In this document: one piece after another, positions 23,775 to 34,619 of the stretch
Numbering within the stretch: position 1 is the stretch's first letter
Layout of the letters: every line of letters starts with the position of its first letter
DNA from: Mobula birostris
Taxonomy: Eukaryota
Length of the DNA: 64,000 nt
Direction of reading: 5' to 3'
Assembly (NCBI RefSeq): GCF_030028105.1
Contig: NC_092380.1
Coordinates: forward strand, 70,181,717-70,245,716
Translations under genes and position numbers: made by a program
The notes under the pieces: generated by a model
Databases searched by the model: none
The model's input: only the letters and a program-made list of their open reading frames with translations
What the model was told of the DNA's origin: nothing

Positions 23775-24110
23775 CCAGGGCCAGGACTAGACTCAGAACT
23801 GGGAAGCCGCCAGGGCCAGGACTTGACATGGTACTTGAACGCCGCTAGGGCCAGGACTTGACGTGGTACTTGAATGCCGCCAGGGCCAGGACTTGACGTG
23901 GTACTTGAACACCGCCAGGGCCAGGACTTGGACGTGGTACTTGAACGCCGCCAGGGCCAGGACGTGGACGTGGTACTTGGACGCCGCCAGGGCCAGGACG
24001 TGGACGTGGTACTTGGACGCCGCCAGGGCCAGGACGTGGAACTTGGACGCCGCCAAAGCCAGGACATGGCGTGGTACTTGGATGCCGCCCAGAGCCAGGA
24101 CGTGGTGCTT
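23775..24110. repeat. Minisatellite, about 30-36-bp unit, about 10 copies
   Basis: gccagggccaggacttgacgtggtacttgaacgcc repeated with variants. Confidence 0.9.
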
Positions 24111-27100
24111 GGAACCTCCGGGTAGCGCCGAGCTCTTGACCCGGCCCGGGAACAGTAGACAGCGGTTCTTGATTCTCTCTGGCGGGTTAACTGACGGACC
24201 CACCTTGATGAGGAAACTTTGCAGGCTTGCTTTGGCGAGGTAACTGGACAGGGTTGCTCCAGTGAGGAAAGGTGGATTACCGACACTCGCTGCGGGCGGA
24301 GACAAGGCTTGCTCCGGCCAGATGACATTGGCACGCCGTGACTTTGCAAACTTTGATGATGCTCCCACACCGAACGGCTGAAAGCCGGAGACTATAAACT
24401 ACCGGTTCAGCCGAGGGTTAATTCCTTCTAATCACCAAAGTCGAGGGCACGGGAAAACAAGGAATCAACAGTCCAGATCGTAACGTAAACAAGGTAAATT
24501 TAAAGGGACCCCGATCCGGACCATGACAATTGCAAAATTAGAAAAAGAATCTCAAAGACATACGACAGAAGAAAAACGAAGGCAACTTGTCAATAAGAAG
24601 TTACAATATAATACGCTTCAGACATATAGAATGGAAAAAGCAATCATGAGAACTAAGCAAAGGTATTATGAGTTAGGTGAGAGAGCACACAAAATTCTTG
24701 CTTGGCAGTTGAAAACAGAACAGGCTTCCAGAACGATAAAATGCAATTAGAACAGGTGCAAATAAAATTACTTATAAACCTTTAGAAATTAATGAAACCT
24801 TCAAAAGTTTCTATTCTGAATTATATGAATCGGAATCACAAAATGATGTTAATGAGATAGAAAGGTTTTTATCACAAGTAACTCTTCCAAAATTGAATTC
24901 GGAAGAACAGAAGGGATTAGATATGCCTTTTACATTAAAGGAGGTTGAAGAAGTGTTAGGATCACTTCAAAGTAATAAATCTCCAGGAGAGGATGGTTTT
25001 CCACCTGAATTTTATGGAGTTAATACGTCAAGCGGAAAAAATACATAAACTCCCAGAATCTTTCTCAGCAGTGATTGTAATAGTATTGCCAAAAAAAAGA
25101 TAGAGATCCTTTAAAACCAGCATCATATAGGCCTATTTCTTTATTGAACACGGATTATAAAATAATAGCAAAAATTTTATTGAATAGATTATCTAAATAT
25201 TTACCAAAATTAATATATATGGACTAAACAGGATTTATCAAAAATAGACAACTGGCAGATAATGTAACTCGACTACTCAGTATAATCCATTTGGCACAAA
25301 AAAGGGAGGAGATGAGTATAGTAGTAGCCTTGGATGCAGAAAAAGCATTTGATAGATTGGAATGGGATATTTTATTTAAAGTATTAGAAAAATATGGGTT
25401 AGAAACACCTTTTATAAACTGGATTAAAACTTTAAATACTAACCCTAATGCTAAAGTAGTAACAAATAGTCAAATTTCAACACCATTCCCGTTAAAAAGG
25501 TCAACCAGACAAGGTTGTCCATTATCACCTGCTTTATTTGTATTGGCAATAGAACCATTAGCAGAACTAATTAGAATTGATTCAGATATTGAGGGTTTTA
25601 GAGTTAATCAGGAGGAATATAAAATTAATCTATTTGCTGATGATGCTTTGATTTACTTAACAAACCCACAGCATTCGTTATGTAAGTTATCTTCCAGATT
25701 GGATGAATATGGGAAACTATCAGAGTATAAAATAAATTGGGATAAAAGTGAAATTTTACCTCTTACTAAAGGAGACTATAGCCAATGTCGATTAGTAACC
25801 CAATTTAGGTGGCCGGTAAATGGTATAAAGTATTCAGGTATAAGACTTGATAATGATGTAAAGAATTTATATAAATTTAATTATTTACCACTATTGAAAA
25901 AATTTCAAGATCTTGACAAATGGATGATACTACCAATAACATTAGTGGGTAGAGTCAACGTTGTAAAAATGAATATATTTCCTAGATTACAGTATTTGTT
26001 TCAAACATTACTAATACAATTGCCACAGAAATTTTTTCAAGAGTTAAATAAATGTGTGAGAAAATTTCTTTGGAAAGGTAAGATGTCAAGAATATCATTG
26101 GAAAAATTGATATGGAAATTTGAGTTAGGAGGGTTACAACTTCCAAACTTTAAGAATTATTATAAAGCAAATCAACTTAGACTTATTGCATCTTTCTTTG
26201 ACGAACATAAACCGGCATGGATTAGAATAGAACTAGATAAGATAGGAGAAAATACACCTGAAGATTTTATATATAAATGGGAATCTAAATGGATACGGGA
26301 AAAGAAAGAATCTCCTATATTAAAAGATTTGATTGATCTATGGAATAAGATAAACATTGATAATAAAATAAAGAAATCTTTATTAGCAAGGAGGCCTTTG
26401 ATTCAAAACAGACTTATTCCTTTTACAATGGATAATCAACTTTTATATAGTTGGTACCAAAAAGGGATTAGACCTATAGGAGACTGTTATGAATGAGGTA
26501 TATTGATGTTATTTGAACAATTAATGAATAAATATAAAATATCAAATAACACTTTCTTTTGTTACCTTCAATTAAGGGCTTATTTAAAAGACAAACTGGG
26601 TCAAACAATGTTTTTGCCAAAACCCAATGAAATTGAAATTTTAATTCAAAAAGGAAAAATTTTAAAAATTATTTCTTTTATGTATAATTTGATTCAAAAA
26701 CAGACAATTAAACAAGGAATCCACAAGTCAAAACAAAAATGGGAAACAGATCTGAATATTAATATCGATGAAACAAATGGTCAAGACTGTGTCTTGACAG
26801 TATGACAAATACAATAAACGTTCGACTTAGATTAGTACAATATAATTTTTTACACCAATTATATATTACACCGCAAAAAATAAATAGATTAAATTCAAAC
26901 TTATCTGATCAATGCTTTCGGTGTAATCAAGAAATTGGTACTTTCTTACATTCTATTTGGTCTTGTTCCAAAATTCAACCTTTTTGGATAAATTTAAGAG
27001 TTTTATTGGAACAAATTACTGGAACTCAACTTCCACATAACCCTATATTATTTCTATTAGGTGATATTGAAGGGATAAAACCAAAACTTAAACTGAATAA

Positions 27101-27569
27101 ATATCAGACAGAATTTATAAAAATTGCATTGGCAGTAGTCAAGGAGGCTATAGCAGTTACTTGGAAATCAGATTTGTATTTAGGTATGGATCGTTGGAAT
27201 AATGAAATTTCTAGTTGTATTCCACTCAAAAAAATTACTTATAATTTAAGAGATAAATATGATACATTTTTGAATATTTGGCGCCCATATTTACAAAAGA
27301 TAGGATGGCATATTTAGTTGCTCCGATGATAAAGATGTTGGTCCCTTGGGGAAAGTAATAAATAAATATACTAAATTTATTTTGAATCCCATGGAGCATG
27401 TGGAAACTTTCCAATATCTAGGCAGGTCTTCTTTCTTTTTCCTTTTTTTCAGGTAGGGATATATATCGGGGGTAGGGTTAAGGGGAGGGAGGAGGGTAGA
27501 TATTATCATTCTATGTAATCATTTCGAAAATTAAAAGATGACTGCGTGTCCTCATAACCTAATCTAATC

Positions 27570-28650
27570 TATTCAGCTCATCGACACAGAGATGGGAGCT
27601 TTTCAAGAACGTGCCACAGATGACAATCAAGGCCATATCCAACACACGATGGGAGTGCCGCGTGGAAAGTGTGAAAGTCCTGCGCGACCAGCTTCCCGAT
27701 GTTGGCAATGTGCTCCTGTCACTGATTGAACATGCTACACAGAAAGGTGACAGTGAAACCACATCTGCAGTCGGAGGCCTAGAACAGGAGATCATGTCAT
27801 GGAAATTCATGCTGACTGTTATCATCTGGTACAATGTTTTACATGAGGTGAGTCATGTCAGCAAGCTGCTCCAGAGCCCACAAGTGGGAATCGATGTGCT
27901 ACAGCACGAGGTGGAATATGTTCTGAAATTTCTAAAGGAATACAGAGAGAACGGCCTTTCATCCACCCAAACAGATGCCAGAGACATAGCTGAAGAGGTA
28001 GGGATGCCAATGGTCTTTCCAATTGCACGAATCAGAAAACCAGAATGCCAGTTCCAGTACGAGCCCCCAAAGTGCAGATCTTTCCCTGACAGTGGCACCC
28101 GAGGAACGGTACCAGAGAGAACTTTTCCTTCCACTGGTGGACTCTGCCATCACAGGCATTAGTGAGCACTTCAAGCTGATGGAGTCATTTTACAGTCTGT
28201 TTGGCTTCATTTATGGAAGAGAGGAAATTAAAAAAGCCATCCAAAGTCGCACACTGAAAGACAGCTGCGTAAACATGGAGAGAGGACACTTGGTGATGTG
28301 GATGCTGAGGACCTTTTGCGCGAGGTGTCGGCTGCTGTCAGTGCCGTGCCTGCAAAAGAAACCACTGGCCTGCAGATTCTGAGCTACATTTACAGCAACA
28401 ACCTGGTTGAAATGTATCCTAATCTCACCATTGCTCTAAGACTCATGCTGACAGAGCCTGTGACTGCAGCGAGTGGAGAGAGAAGATTTTCGAGGTAAAG
28501 CTCATCAAAACGCATCTGAGGACAACTATGCTCCAGGAGCGTCTGTCAGCTCTTGCTCAGATATCAACTGAGCATGAAATAACAAGAACGCTGGACAAGG
28601 ATGAGCTCATTCTCAGCACTCAAGCACAGGAGGGTGGTGAAGTTCTAGTG
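27570..28650 (+). pseudogene. hAT transposase, C-terminal part with hATC dimerisation domain
   Basis: Resumes in register (cat cta tac aca c|ta ttc agc = HLYT|LFSSSTQRW). Contains NTRWECR, MYPNLTIALRLMLT and SGERRFS, with frameshifts and a stop at 28496-28498. Confidence 0.88.
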
Positions 28651-28753
28651 GTAAGTCTTTTAACACATTTTTAGCAGAAATAAAGTTTATAATTAAAGTA
28701 ATAAAATAAACCATGAATTTCACTCAAAATCTGTATAGGCGATTAGGCGGTGT

Positions 28754-28892
28754 NNNNNNNNNNNNNNNNNNNNNNNNNNNNNNNNNNNNNNNNNNNNNNN
28801 NNNNNNNNNNNNNNNNNNNNNNNNNNNNNNNNNNNNNNNNNNNNNNNNNNNNNNNNNNNNNNNNNNNNNNNNNNNNNNNNNNNNNNNNNNNN
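28754..28892. other. Assembly gap (139 N) in the hAT 3' subterminal region
   Basis: Run of N. Confidence 1.
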
Positions 28893-29494
28893 NGCCTTAC
28901 GGAGCTGTCCGTGGTGCTGAAAGAGCGCGAGACGCAGTTTTGTTATAAACATCCAGTAGTTAACTTTCAGACAATGTTCATTGAATAAATAAAGTGTGAA
29001 TTTTCATTAAATCTGACATTGCTTTTCTTATTAATTTAATTTGAGGGAAATTGTTTAAGCTGTTCTTATGTCAGCTGATACCTAACACATAGTTGCTGAA
29101 AAGGGCGAGGCTTCTCCAAAGCAAAAAATGTCATTGTTTCAGTTTTTAATTGTTTGGATTATGTTGAGCTGTGTGCCCATTATGCTGAAAGTGCATATAA
29201 TGCATCAACGTTTAAGTCCGAAATTATACCATTATTGATGCAAACCAACTTGAATATTCGTTTTTTTCTTTCTTTTTTTTTTGAGAAGCGGGGGTAGGGC
29301 CCCACATTAACTCTTGAAACGGGCCCGCAGATGCTTAAGGCCGCCTATGAACAGACTACAAAAGTTTTAAGCTTTCTTGTACGATTCTCGAGAATGTTCT
29401 TTTAAAGGAAACCTTAGCCAGACTCCATTTTATGCCCCGCCGTTTAAACCTGCTTTACCCAGAGGAGAGGAGTAACCGCACGCTGACACCTTAC

Positions 29495-29618
29495 CTGCCG
29501 CAGGGGTGAGCCACACAACAATCAGAAACAACACCAGGGGTCCCGAAGCCCCTGACCACCGGTATCGCCGCGACCTCTCCCGAGCGCGGCTGGAAGAAAA
29601 ACCCAGCTCCGCCGCCAT
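29495..29618 (-). CDS. NCR3LG1: Leader (signal peptide) exon 1 of the B7-H6-like gene B: MAAELGFSSSRARERSRRYRWSGASGPLVLFLIVVWLTPAA
   Basis: ATG in a strong context (gaaATGG) at 29618, a hydrophobic core PLVLFLIVVWL, and donor CAG|GTAAGG at 29493-29494. The exon is 124 nt (41 codons plus 1 nt), so it joins the IgV exon as G+AA = Glu. It lies in a CpG island. The link to the V exon is inferred from phase and from the absence of another leader candidate. Confidence 0.78.
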
Positions 29619-29638
29619 TTCAGATGGAAAAACAACTG

Positions 29639-29650
29639 TTTTCACTTTCG
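29639..29650 (-). promoter_or_regulatory. IRF-binding/ISRE-like element GAAAGTGAAA
   Basis: The minus strand reads cGAAAGTGAAAa, an exact GAAANNGAAA match ending 21 nt upstream of the ATG. Confidence 0.55.
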
Positions 29651-30559
29651 TATTCTTCACGTGGTTTGTTCGGGTAAATACCCATCATCATAGAATATGT
29701 TTTAATTTAACCATACTGTCTTGTCAAGTACCGTCTCCGCAAGACTGGCCGTATACATTGCATTGCCCTTAATGTTGTAAGGACGTATCGAAAACTGAGG
29801 CTGCAGTCTTACAGAGGTGGGCGGAAAGCGGTGTCTGGGAAACGAGGCTGCGAGCTGACGGTGATCCCGCTCGTCCTCGGAGAGAGAGAATCATTCAGCG
29901 CTTCGGGAGGCGGCGTTAGCTGCCGGTCCAGCGCCTCTCATGCTCGACCCTTTACCAAAATAAAACCTGTGACCAAAGGGACCCCTGCGTTCCGTGATGG
30001 GAATTTTTAACATTAGCTGGCGCTGAGACTTTTCCACTGGCAATCCGTAACCAATCTACCCAGTCTGGCTCTTGTTCTTCATTTGTTTGCCTGCACTTGA
30101 CCTATCTAAATACATGACTATAAAATGCATTCTGTTATTTTTGCAACCTGAATATACTTATTTATGGAATGATATGTCTGGATGGCTTCCAAACAAAAGC
30201 TTTTCACTAAGGCTTGGTATTGGTATTATTGTCACATACCAATACCAGTGGTAGCAATCACGGCGTTGATAAAACGCAAGGGTCTCTGATGTTCAGCAAC
30301 ATTGTAGCCCTGGTGGTACCATATTCTGGCTCTCTGGTCAAGTCTTGGGAGCTCCCAAGTGCAGGCATGAAATACATAAAGGAAATCAAGTGGTGAAACC
30401 TTTCATATTTCATGTGTCTGTCAGATGACAAGCAAATCTGTCTTCCTATGGGTTTTTGTTTTGTTTTGAGAGAAAACAAATAAAAGTGGAGATACTGGAA
30501 CACAAAACAAACAACATCTGCAGAAAGAGAAATCACTTAATATTTTGGGTCAGGAATGA

Positions 30560-31320
30560 GATTCCTTGCCAAAGTTGAAGGATGAGGGATGTATTATCAT
30601 CATCTGGTATTGATGTAGTTTTGCAGAACAACCTTGCTCTCAATATCAATAAGACCAAGGAATTGACTGTGGACCTCAGGAAGGGGAAGGATGAAGAACA
30701 CACTCCAGTCCTCGTTGAGGGGTCAGCAGTGGAAATGGTAAGTGGTTTCAAGTTTCTAAATGTCAACAACTCTGAAGATCTATCTTTGGCCCAACATATT
30801 GATGTAAATAAGAAGAAAGCATGCCAGCGGCTATATTTCATTAGGAGTTTAAGGAAAATTTTTAATGTCACAAAGACTTGAGAAAATGTCTACTGATATG
30901 TGCTGGAGAGCATTCTGACTGGTTACTTCACAGTCTGGTATGGAGGTGCCAAAACACAGGATCAGGAAAAACTGCAGAGGGTTGTAAACTCAGTCCGCTC
31001 CATCATGGGCACTAGCCTCCTCACCATCGACGACATAAGACCATAAGATGTAGCAGCATGATTAGGCCATTTGGCCCATGAAGTCTGCTCTGCCATTTTA
31101 TCATGGCTGATCCATTTCCCTCTCAGCCCCAAACTATAAGACCCTAGGACATCTTCAAAAGGTGATGCCTCAAAGAGGTGACCTCCATCGTTAAGGACTT
31201 CCACCACCCAGGACAGGCCCTCTTATCATTACTACCACCAGGGGGCAGGTGGAGAAGCCTGAAGCCACACACTCAGTTTTAGGAACAGCTTCTTCCACTC
31301 AGCCATCTGAATTCTAGGTT
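30560..31320 (+). mobile_element. Rex1/Babar-type LINE 3' fragment
   Basis: ORF 30582-30881 reads QNNLALNINKTKELTVDLRK...FKFL...KKACQRLYFIRSLRK, typical of the Rex1/Babar RT tail. Confidence 0.75.
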
Positions 31321-31644
31321 GTGTGTAGGAAGTAGAATATGTGCAGGAGCAGCCTGTGCCCCAAACATCTCCATGCAGCACAGAATGGCACGGAGAGCAT
31401 ATGTGAGAAATGGCTCATATTGTATGGGATTAACTCCCAAGAAGGGTTTCAGTGCCGGTGTGTAATAACAATTCCATCTGAATGAGGTTCAGCCTAATCA
31501 GGCCTGACCAATTATGAACACCCTGAACACCTAGTATTGTCATCCCATGTCAATATCATTTGTACACTCTCGTATTGATACACAACATGAGAGAATAGAA
31601 GTAACAATAGTTTATTTTACTTTGAGCAAGAATATTGGGAAATC

Positions 31645-31950
31645 ATGAATACAAGAGATTCTGCAGATACTGGTAATCTTAAGCAACACACACAAAATGC
31701 TGGAGGACCTCAGCAAGTCAGACAGCATCTATAGAAGGCAATAAGCATTAAATGTTTTGGCTTTGAATGAAGGGTCTCATCATAAAACATCGATTGTACA
31801 TTATATTCTCCTCTACAGATGCTGCCTGACTTGCTGAGTTCTTACCACAAATTGAGAAATTGCATTTTTATAGTAATAAACGGAAGAGATTCTGCAGATG
31901 CTGGAAATCCAGAGCAACACACAAAATGCTGGAGGAACTTAGCACTTTCA
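31645..31950. mobile_element. Penelope-like terminal remnants (inverted arms plus a partial second copy)
   Basis: gagattctgcagat...caaaatgctggagg...cagcatcta / tagatgctgcctgacttgctgag, with a decayed motif tgaatgaagggtctcatcataaaacatcg. Confidence 0.6.
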
Positions 31951-32344
31951 CAGTACCTTTTCTGATCATACAAAACAGTATCGCAGCTAATACAATACTT
32001 GAGATCTTTAGTCACTACAATGTTATGGAAGGAAATAGTTGATTTTTTTCACTCTGTGCTTTACCGTTCAGATCATGAATTTAATTATTGGACAAGCTTA
32101 ATTAGTGAAGAACAACATTATGCTCTGAATCTTGGCTAAATTTGTTTCAGGATTAATTGTAAAATATGTTTGAATAAATGTAGAATTTCAGCCTTAACCT
32201 CTCAGAAGGAAAATAATCTGAATGAGAACGAAATGATTAATACTACACTGGCATACTGAGTGCATCAATAGCCTTGTTTTTTTAAAAAATTATAGTACTG
32301 AAATGAAATAGCAATTGTTAGATTGTTTGAAAATGTTCTGAGGA

Positions 32345-32470
32345 AAGGATATTATTTTGGAGTCATCTGACTTGCACATTTTGGCTTTTATGTCTCTTAT
32401 GGCCAGAAGGACGCTCTTGCTCAAATGGAAAGATGCGGCCCCTCCTATTCACGCCCAATGGCTTATATTT
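32345..32470 (+). mobile_element. Small L1 ORF2 C-terminal fragment
   Basis: Translates FMSLMARRTLLLKWKDAAPPIHAQWL, comparable to the C-terminus at about 63870-63950. Confidence 0.6.
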
Positions 32471-32831
32471 GCTTATATTTTTATATAATTAGCTATATAA
32501 TGAAATTTTTCAATGAATTTTCCAACAATTACAGTACAGTTGGCTCTGAATTTTTCTAGAAACTTTTGAGGTTCATTCGGAAATGTCATACAACTTGAAT
32601 CTGGATATTTTATTAGTTAACTGTTATCAGCACAATTTCTGTTACCTTGTCTGGTATAAGAAGACCATTATTACTTTTTAGTCTAGTCTTTTCTTTGAGT
32701 TCTCAACGCTTCTCCTTGTTCTTCTTTGCTATTATAACATTTAATAAAACAATAGTAAGCATCAAGTTCTATGCTTCATTCTTGTTTTCCAAAGAACCTT
32801 TAAATTGCTTAAACATCCGGATCCAACAGCT

Positions 32832-32849
32832 TGGTGGAGTCAGCAGGAT
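32832..32849 (+). promoter_or_regulatory. ERV primer-binding site, tRNA-Ser-like
   Basis: TGGTGGAGTCAGCAGGAT versus the recalled tRNA-Ser PBS TGGCGTAGTCGGCAGGAT (15/18, two mismatches are CpG transitions). Lies 3 nt after the LTR end. Confidence 0.65.
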
Positions 32850-34619
32850 GTTTTCGGAAATTTAAGGGGTAGAATAATCCCAGATGAAGGGAAATATTTT
32901 GCTCCACACATGCAATCTTCCTCCTTACTTTCCTAAGCATCAGAGAAATCTCATTCTTGCTTCAATACAGCATCTAAACAAAGCAAATTTAGGATAAAGT
33001 TAAACATGTACAAAATTAAATTTGGTTGCAAATCTACTGATTAAAAAATGGAAGTAACACTTAGTGTTCTGCATAACAAAAATTGTTACAAGCGGGAAGA
33101 TATCAATAAAATTAAAATTGTTACAAGCTTGTTGATTGCTAATAAAATTATCATCAGATCATTAAGTTGACAAATTAAGCGTTATGTGCAGCAAAGTAAT
33201 GTCCAAAGTAGTGCAACCCACTACAGAAAAAGGAACTGATCCCCCAGTCGTTAGGTGTGAACAGATGACTGAGAGTTAGGGTTCTTACCTGTACAAAATA
33301 TTTCAATTTGACAAGATTAATGAAGAAATCAGAGTGAAATATGCTGTCAGTGTTGAGTCTCATGAAATTTGGCTGCTAGTAAATATTTTAAAAATCATGA
33401 GTAAAACCTTGGGAATGCTTGAGGGAAAGAAAAAAAAACTGCATGGGTGTTATCACAGTTAAAAGAGAAATGAACATGCTGAGTTGGAAGATCAAATATG
33501 TGGTTTTAAAAGTGAACACGTTGAGTCAGAAGACTGAACATGTAAGTTAACGGAATAAGTGGAAAAGGAAAACTGATGAACTACAGAAACTGCATGACAG
33601 AGACAGTAAAAATTCTAAGGAGCAAATCTTAGAATTAACTGAATGAGTGAAAGAACTATGGACTAAGTGTAATTGCATGAAATTGCATTGCATGGAGCTT
33701 CAATATAAAATGAAACAGTGTCAGAAAATCCAGCAGGGACCTCAAGTGGAGTGATGCTCCTCCTTGGAAAACACTCCCGATATTGGACAGTCTTACCAGG
33801 CAATGCCACATGCCCAACTTAGAGGAATTAGGAGATGGAAATTGCATGGATTCTACAGAGACCTAAGGTGACACAGGTGAAGATGGCAATAATGGAACAA
33901 TAGGTTAGCCAACCATATAATGACCTGCCCCAATAAAGACCAAGGAAGTGATAACACCCCAAACTGAGGATGGGAATTATGAAAAGAGGCAGATTTATCA
34001 TCAACCAGCTGAATCGGAAAAGATTGATAGATGGTCCAAAGAGTTTTCACATCCTAAAAAAGGAGGTTTAAAGTCTTGGGCTGAATTTCAATGTATTAAG
34101 AACCTATACAACACCCATATGATTGGAGAAAGGTGGTTGAGTGCAAGCAGAAGACTTTTGAAAGCATTTCTGAATATGAGTAACACTACAGAACAGTGTG
34201 GTTGAGTTACTCAGGAGTTAATAAGAAGTTAACCATCCCCTAATGGACGATCCACTAACAATTTTCAATGCCTTCAAGCCATCGTGCAAGTGATTTACAA
34301 TTATCAATGTGGCCAGTGGATTCTGGTTTCTACCACTGGCACAGGAATGTCAGCCATAGTTGGCTTTTACACTTAATGGACAACACTATCCCACTGACTA
34401 CCACATGGCTCGGAGACAACATCTTAGGGACTTACCAGCCATAAATTTGACTATCATACAGTATGTAGATGACGAACTAATTGCATTTGACAATGCAGAC
34501 CAAGATGAACGTGAAGTGTTTTATTTGCTTGATTTATCCTCCAAAGGTTCACAAAGCAAATTTGGACAAGGCACAATTGCAACGATATGAAGCAATTTAT
34601 TTGGGACAGAAAATTTCAA

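Larger units (their letters stand above)
22661..24528 (-). mobile_element. 1.87-kb solo LTR-like element carrying three minisatellite arrays
   Basis: 5-bp TSD ATTAC (22656-22660) / ATTGC (24529-24533). Ends tctcac...catgaca (TG..CA with one decayed end). Minus-strand AATAAA at 22737-22742 and TATA-like TTTATA at 24393-24398. L1 ORF2 resumes in frame across it (EKEI|AKLEKE). Confidence 0.8.
21714..27317 (+). pseudogene. L1 ORF2p (APE endonuclease and RT), disrupted and interrupted by a solo LTR
   Basis: Begins MTNLLNFLSFNVN. Contains FLQETHL, NIYAPN, GGDFN, SDHSP, LDAEKAFD, RQGCPLSP, LFADD and CFRC...HSIWSC. Multiple stops and frameshifts. Confidence 0.9.
19974..27531 (+). mobile_element. Near full-length L1/Tx1-type LINE (inactive)
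   Basis: 15-bp TSD TAAAAGATGGCTGCG (19959-19973) / TAAAAGATGACTGCG (27532-27546). Has a 5' UTR, ORF1, ORF2 (EN, RT, C-terminal Cys-rich region) and 3' UTR. Confidence 0.93.
19314..27569 (+). mobile_element. Non-autonomous SINE-like retroposon with a GC-rich head and (CTAAT)n tail, split by L1 (own sequence 19314-19973 and 27547-27569)
   Basis: Inserted precisely into the hAT coding sequence without a TSD, and ends in cctaatctaatc. It has no coding capacity of its own. Confidence 0.65.
17323..29349 (+). mobile_element. hAT DNA transposon (ZMYM1-like, Ac/Tip100-type transposase), 12 kb including nested inserts
   Basis: TIRs CATAGGCGGCCTTA (17323) / TAAGGCCGCCTATG (ending 29349) and an 8-bp TSD AACACACT (17315-17322) / AACAGACT (29350-29357). 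Confidence 0.92.
29400..30060 (-). promoter_or_regulatory. CpG-island promoter of gene B
   Basis: Locally GC- and CpG-rich non-repeat sequence surrounding the leader exon, with GC box GGGCGG at 29819-29824 and CCAAT at 30051-30055. Confidence 0.7.

Noticed and set aside
23045-24110. CRISPR-like repeat arrays
   Set aside because: The units are contiguous tandem repeats without unique spacers, there are no cas genes, and the context is eukaryotic.
22738-24370. Several 120-245-aa ORFs on both strands
   Set aside because: They arise from stop-free GC-rich minisatellite units inside a TSD-bounded LTR-like element and have no domain content.
28713-28988. ORFs spanning the N run
   Set aside because: Artefacts of the assembly gap.
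29999-30036. NF-kB sites (GGGAATTTTT; GGAAAAGTCT on the minus strand)
   Set aside because: Both miss the GGGRNWYYCC consensus at key positions; too weak to call.
33574-33600. Hammerhead core ctgatga...gaaa
   Set aside because: No stem II can form between the motifs (actaca); chance match.
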